Origin: Amoeboaphelidium protococcarum X5
Lineage: Eukaryota; Fungi; Aphelidiomycota
Reading direction: 5' to 3'
DNA: 64,000 nt
Assembly: GCA_023515725.1 (NCBI GenBank)
Contig: JALDTO010000158.1
Location: forward strand, 425,268 to 489,267
Shown here: one piece after another, positions 52,576 to 64,000 of the stretch
Position numbering within the stretch: the first letter of the stretch is position 1
Layout: every line of letters begins with the position of its first letter
Position numbers and translations under genes: made by a program
The notes under the pieces: generated by a model
The model's database searches: none
The model's input: only the letters and a program-made list of their open reading frames with translations
Told to the model about the DNA's origin: nothing

Positions 52576-53555
52576 GACTATTGATATGTCGACAAAATCT
52601 CCAACAACAATGATGATGATGATAATAATCTCGCAAGCCTTGGTACTTGTAAACGCGAAACTAAGAGCCAAATAACTCACTCTATCTCCACACCTTGTGA
52701 ATAAATGTATAATAAACGTCGTCGCCGATAGTGATTGATTAGACTGGAACCTGATGATGAATAAACTACACACGTTACTGATTACACAGCCATTTGTGAT
52801 AAGGACAGATAACTAGATAATATACTTACAGAATAATCTGAGTGAACAACATTTAGGAAATAAAGTCCAAAGAGTAACGACTGCGGCAACAAAGATCATG
52901 ATGAGATGGTGGTGATACAGCAGAGAGAATCGAGCAAGCAAGTGACACTTTGACAACAACAACAAGACAGACATATAGATAGACATTGCTATAAAATGGA
53001 GCAACCTGCGTTCATCATCTTATCCGAGTTGATACTAAATCTGATAGTGCAGAATAGTCACGGCATCGATGGACTCCAGCAATGTGGTGTATGTAATATA
53101 TGAACCGATCAACTACTAGTGATGTAATAGAATATCAGAGACAAGGAGAGCAAAGCGAAACAAAAACCGGCAAACTAATAATCCCCATACATATTGTCAT
53201 ACATGCATTAGATATAGTGATAAATAATAATAATTACCTTTACTAACAATCATATACAACAACAACAATACAAATCAAGTCTCTCTAGGCAACTAACAAT
53301 GAATAACGTTAAAAATCTCTAGGCAAACTACACATACATCATAGATTAGAATCCAAATATTCTCAATACCATCGATGGCCAGTCATTTCATTGCATAGCT
53401 GTTTCATTTTGTATTCATTGTTATGTCATGAGCCTGTTGATATAAGTAAGGTTCATGTTGATTATTCCACATTACTCTGCACTGATCAAGAGTGATGGAA
53501 AGAAGAGAGAAACGAGTTCGCCGACAAACGGTCATTATTTCGAGTCACAAGCCGG

Positions 53556-53622
53556 CCGGCGTGATGAAACAGCCTCAGTAACGATGCGATGATTGGATGG
53601 ATCCAGTTGCACTACTGACCGG
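53556..53622 (+). ncRNA. Candidate box C/D snoRNA
   Basis: CCGG stem plus 1 nt plus GTGATGA (53561), then CTGA (53615) plus CCGG; same terminal geometry as the snoRNA at 20650. Internal boxes are degenerate and the target is unclear. Confidence 0.5.
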
Positions 53623-53884
53623 GGATTGCTGCACTGTAGTTATAAGAGTCGCAATCATACCATTAAATACGGTCAAGATATCAAACGCGATTCCATTGAT
53701 AAGACAACGGTGAAACAAAAAGTAAAGGAGAACAGCTTATCGTACACTGCGCTTGAATTTACACAATATAAATTCAATCATCAAATATCTTCGTATACAT
53801 GGCCACAGCTTTATCCTCAGTCTAACCGTTACTACTACTACTACTCCTTCTATGTCTACAAGTATGCAAAGACGATACAAGTTG

Positions 53885-56800
53885 TCACTGCTGCGGCTGT
53901 TATAACTTGGATCCCGACATGGACATGGAGACGCGTTCGCCGCGGATAGCATTGGCACACCAGTCGGCGAGCAGTCTTCTTCCTTCGCCTTTGGAGTGGC
54001 CAAACGATCTCTCCCAGGATGCCCATAGAATGCATTTCAGTAGATCTGGGTAAGACATGCCTTCAAACGCAGCCATCTTGGCCAATTTTCCATCCCAGCA
54101 CCAGCCTGGATTAGGATTGACCTCGAGAAGCTTGATGGAACGTTTAGGAGCGTGTTTCCTCGCAGATGCACCATGCTCATACCCACTAGCCTATCCGACA
54201 GAAGCAGAATCAATAACAGACGAGGGCGAGCGAACAGAACTAACGCTACCATGGCCAGAATCAGACATGTCGAGTCTAACATCGGGAGTAACGCTCAATG
54301 AAGATTCTGTAGAATTGTCCATAACCAGTGACTTGATCTCATCCTTGTTCTCACTTGAACTCTGAGCGGAGGTTTCTACCGCAATCTATACACCTTGAGT
54401 TGTAATAGTTATATTGTTAGGCGCAGACTCATCTCCACCTACTACTCCATTACTATTGTTCGCAACATTGAACAAATCGCCAGTCTCAACATCATACAAA
54501 ATCTCGCGGTCAGCCCGCCAGTCAAAACGAGCATAATCTCTACAGCCAAAACGTTCAAACAGGATAGTACATGCACGCTTCAACTCCTCCTCCTCTTCAA
54601 GAGTTAGACCGCCACTCTTGAATATTCTTCGTTGAGTTGTTGAGGCACAATTCTGTTACTACTACTGCTGCTGCTGTCCCAAAGAGACTCCGCCATTCTT
54701 AAGGCCACATGGTGAATTACAGCTTGACAACTTTGGACTCGGGATTCTCTTGGCGGGATAGAAATCAACATCAGTCCAATATGGGGACGATGGATCCCAC
54801 TTGGATTCCCAGCCCAAAATCGGTTCCAGACCGCCCTAAACCACCTTGGAATAATCAACCTGCAGAATTGGGAAGAAATGGAAACCAGTCTCGGGATTTC
54901 CAATTACACCGACGGAATATTCAGTACCAGTCAAATACTCTTAAATTATAAATTACTTCAAACCGTACGTACTAACCAAAGACAGGACATACACGGCCAA
55001 ATCGTGTTTGTTGTAGCAGATAGATTTTGAGGTGATTCCCAACGAGTTGTCACCCTTCATTGGCTTAACAAAAGCAGGATAGCGGATGTTACCAGCCTGA
55101 TCTTCTGCCTCGATCAATCTTACAATATCTTCCAACTAAACGTCTTTGGTGTCAACCGATTCTGGCAAAATAATGTGAGTCTCCTGAGGAACGCTGATAC
55201 CAAGCTTGGAGGCTGTAGCATTGACAAATCCCTTATCATAACAGACACCCAAACTCACAGGATTAGCCCCACTGTAAGGTATGCCACACATCTCTAGGAA
55301 GGAGGCGATGTGAAGCTCTTTGTGAGCATCGTTCAAAAATCCTTCATCGCACAAGTTCAAAATAAAGCTAGGAGGGCGCACAGTCAGACGGGTAACCAGA
55401 TCACGATGAGACTCATAGATAGTAATCTAAGAAGCATCATAACCACAATCTAGAAGCGCATCAATCATCTTTCGTCTAGTGACCAGATCCTCCTCATTCC
55501 ATCTACCATGCAGTTTATCACGACAAGGGAGAGAGACATCTCCCAGCAGCACGGAAAGCTGATGGTTTGGAAAAGGCGGCGGAGGCAGCAAATGGTACAG
55601 TGAAGGAGTAGCTAAAGTAATCGTCTTTGCCTTGGCGCTATAACTAACAGAGCTAGATGGAGGTTCAATATGCGACGATGGTGGTAGGATAACGCGGTCA
55701 ATCCACTCGCGAAGAACATTGTTAGTAGATGCTTAATTACCATTAGCACCATTCTAATCCATCAAAAATTGCTATCCATGACCGGCACCATTATCATCAC
55801 AGCTGGCACCATTGTTGTACTTTAAACTATCAACACTAGAAGTATCCGTAGAATCGGCTCCATTCGTGCAGGACTCAATCCACTCAATCACAGCCTTCTT
55901 ATACTCGATGGATTGCAAATCATTTTCAAAGCCAGAATTCATCTCCTGCAAGCTGAGGCGCTCAATCCATTCCCTAACAGCCTGAGCATTCTCGGCAGAC
56001 ATTTACGGGTGAGGAGCTTGGGTGCGGCCTTTGACGGATCCCTTCTTTCTCTTGCTTATGGCTCGAGGATGATTCTGGATCTTGGTAGCTTGGATAAGCA
56101 AACGTTGCTCCATCATACCTAAATCTTAACCACGCTGGCTCATTTCCTTCGCAGCAGTTACAGTGTTGACTCCATCCTGTACCACGGCAGCCTGGTCAGT
56201 ATCAATCTGAAAACCAGCCTCATTCAAGATGGAGATCAATTCACTTCTACTATACAGACGCTCGCTGTAGAATTGATCCCTGACCACACCACGATTCACC
56301 ATAGTCACAACTTCTCTTGAGTGGAGACGCTTCTTGTCCTTGGACAGCACTCTCTCACGACACACAAAAGTCTTGTCATCGATCCACTCCCAAGAACGAG
56401 GACTATAATGCTGTCGCATGTAGTCACCATCGACGAGATCGAGCACCATCTTACCATCAATCTTCAACATTCTGTTAATTTCCCTCAGCACGGCCCTGTC
56501 TCCTTCATCTCCATGATCAACCACCGTCTCAACAGGATCCTTGGCGAAATCGTCAGTAAAGTCAACTTCCATACGGTCATTTGCACTGAAATAACCAAAG
56601 CTATTTCCCATGACCATAACAAAGTCAAAGTCGTTGCTGTCATAAGGCACATTCCTGCAGTCTCCTACAGTAAAGGTGGGCACATTCTGACGATACGGAG
56701 CATCAGGTAAGTTGGTAGCACGTTCTCTAGCGAGCGAAATTAGATACGCAGACTAGTCATGACCATACAGACGCAAGTTAGGATAACGCTCGGCCAGCAA

Positions 56801-57226
56801 TAACGTATGACGACCTACAAATCGAAATGGTAAAGATCAATTCGAAACTCATTACGAAAATAAGTTCAACTTACCTTGGCCACAACACAAGTCCAATACT
56901 TTAGGCCAGCTTTAGTGTTAAAGATCCCCGCTAACCGAAGCTTCCTTGCTACCACGTTAGAATATCTCCGCAATCTTTGGATTAGACTCTAACATTCTAC
57001 AAAATCGAATAACGATAGAAAAGCTTAAACTCAGTACGCATGAACATGAAACTTACCGCAACTCTTCCTTGGTAATTTCAGCATCTTCAACAACATCTCC
57101 GTCAGTCTTCAAGTACAAATCGTCAGCAAACACACTCTTCCACCACTGAGCAGGCACCATATGTTCAAAATCCTCTTCAGTCACTCTGCCATGGCAGTTG
57201 GCTGTGTATCCAGAAGGTTCAGGCAT
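53885..57226 (-). CDS. SAM methyltransferase / D-Ala-D-Ala ligase-like ATP-grasp fusion (1073 aa); exons 57226-57057, 56996-56875 and 56814-53885
   Basis: WWKSVF..LYLKTDGDVVE, VLDLCCGQGRH and MGNSFGYF, then NLCDEGF..ELHIASFLEMCGIPYSGA, CYDK, YPAFVKPMKGDNSLGI, QEYLTGTEYSVG, GCRDYARFDWR and LLEVNPNPG. Two 60-nt GTAAGT..TAG introns restore the frame. Confidence 0.9.
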
Positions 57227-58288
57227 GGTTGGTTGGTTGTCTTAAATAATGTTCAAAGTCAGACACTGTATGTAGAGCTGAGTGCAAACTATAACGAGAG
57301 ATTGAGAGTAGCAGAACTTGCAATAATAAATACTTCTATATGAATAGAATTTAGACTTTCACCACCAGCAAGCAAGCAATTGAAATATAAACTACAAAAA
57401 CAAACTTTGGCCGGTTTTACTTTCAGAAACGGTTGAAACTTCTTCAAACGGACGCACGAGACTTACCAAAAATAGACGAGTGCTTTGCTTCGTATAAACA
57501 GAGATCTGCAATTGAATACTACTTTTATTACTACTGCAACTATAAATTAAATTCCAAAACTAGGTGTGCAATTAACTTGTTAACACACACACACACAAAG
57601 CAGGTATAATTATTCTTCTTATGAGTCCACCCGAGAGGAGTTGAGATGAATTCAATATAGGATATTCTGTTTAGTGTTGGAACTGAGTGAGAGCGTTCCA
57701 GCAATTCAGCGCGATTGTACGAGAGAAACAGAGCTCCCGTCCGTCCGCGCGTGTCTCTGTGCGAACGAGAAGGGAAATTTCATCTGTGGCGTCGACGCCT
57801 CACAAAGCTTAAAATTCTAGTCGGCTTTGTCATGTCCTTAAGATTACCGTAATAGATTGACCGTTATTACGTGATCATTCACTTTCATAAAATTACGATC
57901 TCTTCACCAGTCTTTTAATTTCTTGTGAGAGTAGGGAGGAGATGGTCCACCTTCTGACTTTCTATCATTTCAGTTCTATTTGTCTTATCGAATTGGATCG
58001 AATTCCACCAGCAATCATGTTTGAAATTATTTAAGTTGAATATTCCTATTGTCCTCGCATAAGTTAGGTTGATTGAGTTACAACTGATCGTGATGAAGGA
58101 GGACTCAAACAGCGATCATCTTGAAACAAGCGATGAGCTTATTTACCGCGTGCTCGTCGCCGTGATGTCATAAGTCTGCCACTTTGCTTAGATCAGTTCT
58201 CACACTGTAGAAAATCGATTCGCGTTCATCATCGCGTCTACCTCTTCTTCTGCTATCATCTCCTTAGAACTGATTGAAAAGGTCTATA

Positions 58289-59641
58289 ATGTTGTCAGTC
58301 CTAGTTTTGTTAATCTCTGCAGCGGTCATCGAAGGGTCCGGTGTAAAGCGCATTGAAAAGGGCGTGAATTTGCGCAAGATTGCCGAGTTTCCTTTCAATA
58401 ATCCAGCCTTCGTCACCGCTGTCAGAAACCCGCTGAACAATGGCTCGTTCGATATGCTAATTTCCACGTTTGGTGTTTCGCTGCCATTTAGAAAGTCACC
58501 AGATGGTGTCTGGATGGTGGAAGATATTGGCACGAAATTGTTCAAGGCTAAACGCGGATCTTCCGTGTCATTAGACGCCCAGCTGTTGGGCGATCGCCAG
58601 TTGACTTGGCCCAATGAGGTGGAACTGACTGAAGATGGTCAGCTTATCGCTGCCGGTGGCTTTTTGGTTCCTGGCAAGAAAGGCCATGTGTCTGTACTCG
58701 ACTTGAAGCAGTTCAAGTCAGGTAAGTCAGCGCAGTGGAAGGAACTGATTGGCAACGACAAGGGATTTTTCCATCGCTCATCAGTTGTCCAGATTGCGCC
58801 ACCATCACTGAGTGAGTCAGATGATGGTAAGAGACTCGTAACTTGCCGCGGGCGTAAAGGTATTTTTGATAGTGGTTCTGGTGAGATGATCTATTTGGAC
58901 AAAAAGTCAGATGGCTCTTATGTTGAACACCTAATTGCACCGGGATGTGACTGTTTCTTCGTGCCTATTGATCTGAATGGTGATGGTGTTATGGAGTTTA
59001 TCATTCCAGAGTTTTTTGGTAAAAAGTTGATCCTTTAGTGGACTGAGGATCCTTAGGGTGATTGGACGAAAACTGATCTAGTAAGACAGCGCGTCATTGA
59101 TGATACTCTGGGAGCTGCATTTGATATCACAGTCGCTGACCTGTTTAATGATGGTAGCCTGCAACTTGTTGTTGGTAATCATTAGGATGGCAAGAAGGGA
59201 CCCAAGCCTTAGATGTTTGCTTATGATGTGATTAAGCCGACAACTTCTGATCAGATTGTCTTTGAGAGCGGTAGCCCAATCTCTAACTTCATGAACGGCT
59301 TAGTCTTTGAGCGTCACGTTCTGTCTGATAAGTTCAAATTGCGAGCCAGCATATTTAATCCTTCTCCTGGCGCACCTGGTAGTCAAGTAGTGTTTAAGCC
59401 TTTGAAGTCACAGAAGCGCCCTTATATTTTAATCTCTGGCGATGATGACTAGCGTGCTCATTTGCTAGTTCCCCGTAATTCTGGTAAAAAGTGGAGCTAC
59501 GATCATGTTGAAATTCATGACTGCAAAGGCACAGTTGGAGGCGTTTTTGTCAATGATCTGGATGGTAATGGTCGTGCTGACGTGATCATCCCATGTTATG
59601 GCTCCAACACCATCGCTGTATACGAGTTTGAGGGAGCATGA
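58289..59641 (+). CDS. Secreted FG-GAP/VCBS-like beta-propeller protein
   Basis: Signal peptide MLSVLVLLISAAVIEG; Ca-binding-type motifs DLNGDGVMEF, DLFNDGSLQLVV and DLDGNGRADVII. Confidence 0.8.
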
Positions 59642-60060
59642 GTAATGATCGAACATTATGTCAATAAGATTTTATGAATATCTATACTCTCGTTATTGGT
59701 GTCAACTTGTCTATCATCACGATTTTATTCATGCTCAGCTTATGTAAAGAAGTCGTGTTTATTTAGTTCATTCGCTGGACTCGACTATGTCACGCCAATA
59801 ATCTTTATCATTCAACGAATACAGAAACTCTTAACATCTACCAAATACGTTATGTCCGCATAACTCGTTGTGTATCGAAAATTTAAATCACATCAAGTTT
59901 CAGCAACAACTAATGATTGCCAATCAGATTAGAGCATACGAAGCCAATTACTGTGCTCGCCCACTTTAAATAGATGCTTGGCTCAATCCACCCATCTTTT
60001 GTTTGTGATTTTCACCACATTCCAGTAACTATTACTGAAATTGCAGCGATGATAAAGACA

Positions 60061-60669
60061 TCAATTCTAAATCGGACACTTGGCAATGTGTTATTTAAAC
60101 TGAAGGAAGGCTTCGCTGTCGCTGCACCTGATTTCAACCAAATAGCTCAACCTCTGTAAAATGTCGAAGGCTCTTTAAGTGGTGTACTTCAGTAGTCCAG
60201 AAAGAACAAGAATGGCAACGCTATTTAGACTGCCCTTAATAAACGATACATTGAACCAGAAAAGGCTGATCTAATAATGCTTAGTATGTTTGAAATATGA
60301 TGTTAGTTGAATGGTAGAATAAATTTATTGAACGCGTCTATCTTGTTTCAATATTTTGTATGTCACGTATAATGAGTAACATGTTGTGACCTGCAGCTTA
60401 GTAGGCGCATTAAGTCTAAGTAGAAATATCATCGTATCACACAGAGTCTATTGTACCTCTAGATTTAGTTCATGCATCTCTAAATTCTTACACGCGTCTG
60501 AGCATTGATTACTAAGCGGAGTGTTTCTCATTGAAGCCTGAAGCCAATCGATGTATTTATCGAGGACTCTATGCTTCTATGGTGCGTTATACAGTAGGTC
60601 CATAAAATTGTACTTTTATTGTTATAGCTTCTGTTAATACAATGTCAATCCATTAGTCAATTCACTCAT
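60061..60669 (-). CDS. Possible uncharacterised protein (202 aa)
   Basis: ATG-to-TGA frame under TAR=Gln with no recognisable motif; may be spliced or degenerate. Confidence 0.3.
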
Positions 60670-60799
60670 ATTGATTATAATCAAGCCATCTTTAGTGATT
60701 GAAGAAATGAGAATGTGTAAATCTGCAAATTTATATTTCCCAACAAGAAATTGAATGCTATAATTAATTGTGATGAGGCGACAGTATCTAAGACTTTAA

Positions 60800-61213
60800 T
60801 CAATACTCAAAAAAGCGGGCTTCTTGATAGTCCAACTTGGATTTTCCAACGCGTGTGACCATGTATGTCTCGGCGATTGGGTCAATCGCAGGAGCTTGAA
60901 GATGTTGACGCATTTCTGGCGTTGTACCCATTGTCCACGACGCATTACGAAGGAAATCTCTTCTGGCAGCAGCAATATTATTCGTCATGCGGAAATGAAA
61001 TATAGATCCACTTCCCACAGGATCTTTACCTCCGTTTGCAATAAGACAGCGAATGATATTAAGTTTAGAATGCGCAGGATTTGCCTCAACGGCTTCAGCT
61101 AAGCGCGTCTCATTCCACAGCAAGACGAGAACTGGATCACCTAAAGGCATCTAACGCAGAATCGTGATCCAATCTTGAGGAAATATTGATTGAATCTCTT
61201 CTTCGATAGTCAT
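60800..61213 (-). CDS. Uncharacterised small protein
   Basis: ORF 60800-61150 extends through TAG to ATG at 61213 (MTIEEEIQSIFPQDW...); the frame stays open further upstream. Confidence 0.5.
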
Positions 61214-61551
61214 CAAAATTCTAATTGGATTGAGTATTATCGAAGCGTTAACCGGAATGATTTTGTTGACTTGAATTTTACTAGCGAAAGATACAGCGCT
61301 AATAGCCTGATTACTACTTATCGGAGAGCAAATGATTATCCAACAAATTTACTGAGCTTTGAAGAAGTTTGAAGTTCTGCTATAGACGTTAAATGAACTA
61401 AGCGCGGCTTCACTCATTGAGAAGTCTATAATTGTCTCAATTTTTCTAATCAACTGATTTTTCTTACGCGACGTGTCACTTGGTTTCATGTTCTGTTTTC
61501 TCCGGATCCTCCAAACACTTGTACTTCAACTAAAATACCTGCAAGAAAGTC

Positions 61552-62975
61552 ATGCAAAGGGTGGAGGGACGCGTTATAGCAACTAATTCTGCAAATAGTC
61601 GTGGAAATATTGTTATCAAGGATGATACAGATATTCTTCATATTCATTTTGACAAGACAAGCAAGCATTTCCGTCTTTTAAGAGAAATGGTAAGAGCTGT
61701 TCTACTGTTATGCTGACTAACTGAATAACATTACTTCTGTAGATTAATCGTGTAATTGCATTGAATTTAGTGTCGGTGTATGAGAGAGACAGTCAAAAGC
61801 ACGCCAAAGCTCAATGGTCAGTGGCAGAGCTCGAACTGTATCCTTCAGATTGTGACAAGTTCACCAGATCATTGCCGTGCTTTTGTTTCACATCGATTGG
61901 TGATTTGTTTGAGATGGTGCGCGAGATGGACGCGTCTGTTTCATAAGCTGTTGATGTTGTTGCTGTGCTGACTAAGATATCTAGCAATGTGGCTGTGAAT
62001 GCAACTGATCAATATGTATAAGCTGGCGTATTGAATGATGATACTGGGTCGGTGTCTGTAGTAAGACTTGCTGACACTGGCGACCATTTAACAAACTTAT
62101 CAACGATAACTCAGTACTCAGTGGTTTGTCTTCACAATATTTAGCTAGTAGATGTGGCGGCTTGCGGACCTTTACCACAACTTCTAATTACGTATGATAC
62201 TCTTGTTTAGGTTTGTCCTGATAGTGCCCAATTCTCTTCACTGCATGAATATGCTTCCCTGTTGCAATGTGCCGCTTTAAATGATGATTTAAATCTTAGT
62301 CTAGCTGGAGATTCGTCGAATAATTTCTTTCATGACAAGGACTAATTTGGTATTTGGATTGACAAGTAGGATCAGCTTTCAAGTTAAGCATGCATTTCCA
62401 GAATGAATAGCTTCAATGAACACGCGAAACATCATGACAATAAATGCTCGTACCTACATGATATTGAGAATGCTGCTAAAAAGTTGAGTCCCTTTGAGAC
62501 GCGTTCTTTCAACATTAAAGTCATAATAACAAGAATTTAATTGCTGGATTGTTTAAAGTCATACTGGTATGCTTTTTATAATTATAGTATTATATATCGA
62601 TCACCTATTTGTATGTGTAGTTTATGCTGCCAGAAGACTTACGCGGTTCAGAGTCAATTCAAGTACACTTGTGACAACTGTGTGGACAAGTCAAAATCTG
62701 CAAAGACTAACCCGCGTAGATATTTGCGCATAAGAATGACAGTCGCCGACAACAGCGGATCTGTGACTGATCCCTATGTATCTGCATTGGCCTCGTTGCT
62801 GCTTCTGGGAATTGACAATGCCATGCAATATTTGCAGTTGAGCCGCGCTGATCTAGTAAATTTGGAAGAAGTTTTGACGTTTAAACACGCCAAAATGAAC
62901 GTCAAGTTGTACTGGGATGATCACATCAAGCAACATGCTTTGCAAATCAACACTATTGATTTAATGGAGTAATGA
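61552..62975 (+). CDS. Divergent RPA1/MEIOB-like multi-OB-fold ssDNA-binding protein; intron 61690-61742
   Basis: FTSIGDL...VDVVAVL...DDTG OB pattern; C-terminal CSLC...YTCDNC...RYLRIRMTVADNSG zinc-ribbon OB; 53-nt GTAAGA..ACTAAC..TAG intron. Confidence 0.7.
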
Positions 62976-63061
62976 TTATACCACAACTATTGAAGTGAAA
63001 AAGAAACCAAGTCATTAGGGAAATTCATTAAATTATTAATTCCAATTCAATTCAAAATCAT

Positions 63062-64000
63062 TCAAAACAAATGTTCCATGCGCAGAAATTTGGAGGAATT
63101 AGTCTTGACAATGTCTTCAAAAATCTACTTATTCACCTCCTTGTCAACTTTGGTGGCCACAACAGAACGGATGGAGAATGCTCTTAAAGCATCAGAAACA
63201 GACAACGTTCCAATTGCAGAATCTTTGCGTCCAGTAAACGGAAAGCTATCAGGCCCACGCTAACATTGACTATTTATATTCACACGGCTAACTTGATGCA
63301 CCAAATCATCCACCAATTCAGAGATTAGTCTGGTGTCCTTCTAACCAAAAATGGAAGCCTACTGCCCATACTAGGATTCGGCTAAATAATCGAAGATCTC
63401 CTTGTGATCTTTATACATGACGATCGGTACAATAGGACCAAATTGCTCTTCAAAATAAATTCTCATCGACTTTGTAACATCAGTCAGCACAGTCGGCGCG
63501 TAGAATGTTCTATCAAACTTTCCACCCCGCTGTTTGTTAGCAATAGACGCACCCTTAGACAATGCATCATCCACCAGGCCTTACAAGTAATCTATCTTTC
63601 CTTCTTCAGCGATTGGAGTGACTTTCACATTCTGAACCCATGGACAGCCAATAGGTAATCTATCCACAGCTGCGGCAAACTTTTCCACGAACGACTGATG
63701 AATAGACTCATGGACGAAAATCAGCTTAATTGCAGTACAACGCTAGCCCATGTAAGAGAACGACCCAAGAACACATTCAGGAACTGCAACATCATTCAAG
63801 TCAGCATCAGGTAGGACAATCGCAGGATTCTTAGCCTCCAATCCGAGCACTACCTTCAAACGATGTGGCTTTGGGTGATGTTTCAGCAAACTGTCAGCCG
63901 CCGAAGAAGTTCCAATTAGCGCGAAACCGTCCAAGTGGCCGCTCTTCATCAAAGCTGGCATTATCTCACGTCCACTGCCTGTCAACACATTAACTACACC
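63062..64000 (-). CDS. Non-phosphorylating NADP-dependent glyceraldehyde-3-phosphate dehydrogenase (GAPN-type ALDH), 5' end outside window
   Basis: [16 protein letters not shown](TAG)RCTAIK, EEQFGP and [24 protein letters not shown]. Confidence 0.88.

Noticed and set aside
58082-58198. 8-bp inverted repeat AACTGATC/GATCAGTT enclosing GTGATGA
   Set aside because: No correctly placed CTGA D box and no guide; may be chance within a promoter.
1-64000. CRISPR arrays, intact transposons and rRNA genes
   Set aside because: I saw no regularly spaced repeats, no transposase/RT/integrase motifs and no rRNA sequence.

Overview
Compact, intron-poor eukaryotic nuclear DNA in which TAA and TAG encode Gln and TGA is the only stop. 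The supplied standard-code ORF track is therefore fragmented, and I re-read every gene below by eye with the reassigned code. A fungal-like gene set combined with this code best fits an aphelid such as Amoeboaphelidium protococcarum (inference). The window holds about 38 protein genes. Housekeeping genes include NDUFS7, DBP5, NFS1, RLP24, PAM18, GAR1, RRP1, RRP40, DIB1 and BCS1, and genes usually lost in Dikarya include CCDC93, base-exchange PTDSS, C2CD5 and a RASSF-like RA+SARAH protein. RNA genes are two near-identical inverted tRNA-Leu genes, two C/D snoRNA candidates, an H/ACA-like RNA and an unidentified structured RNA with an Sm site. The most unusual elements are (1) a spliced, bacterial-type SAM-methyltransferase / D-Ala-D-Ala-ligase-like ATP-grasp fusion, (2) a Rieske oxygenase that has lost all four [2Fe-2S] ligands but kept its mononuclear-iron ligands, (3) a carotenoid-cleavage oxygenase lacking all four iron histidines, and (4) a marked excess of (G)ACGCGT motifs. 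No database searches were run; all family assignments rest on recognised motifs.
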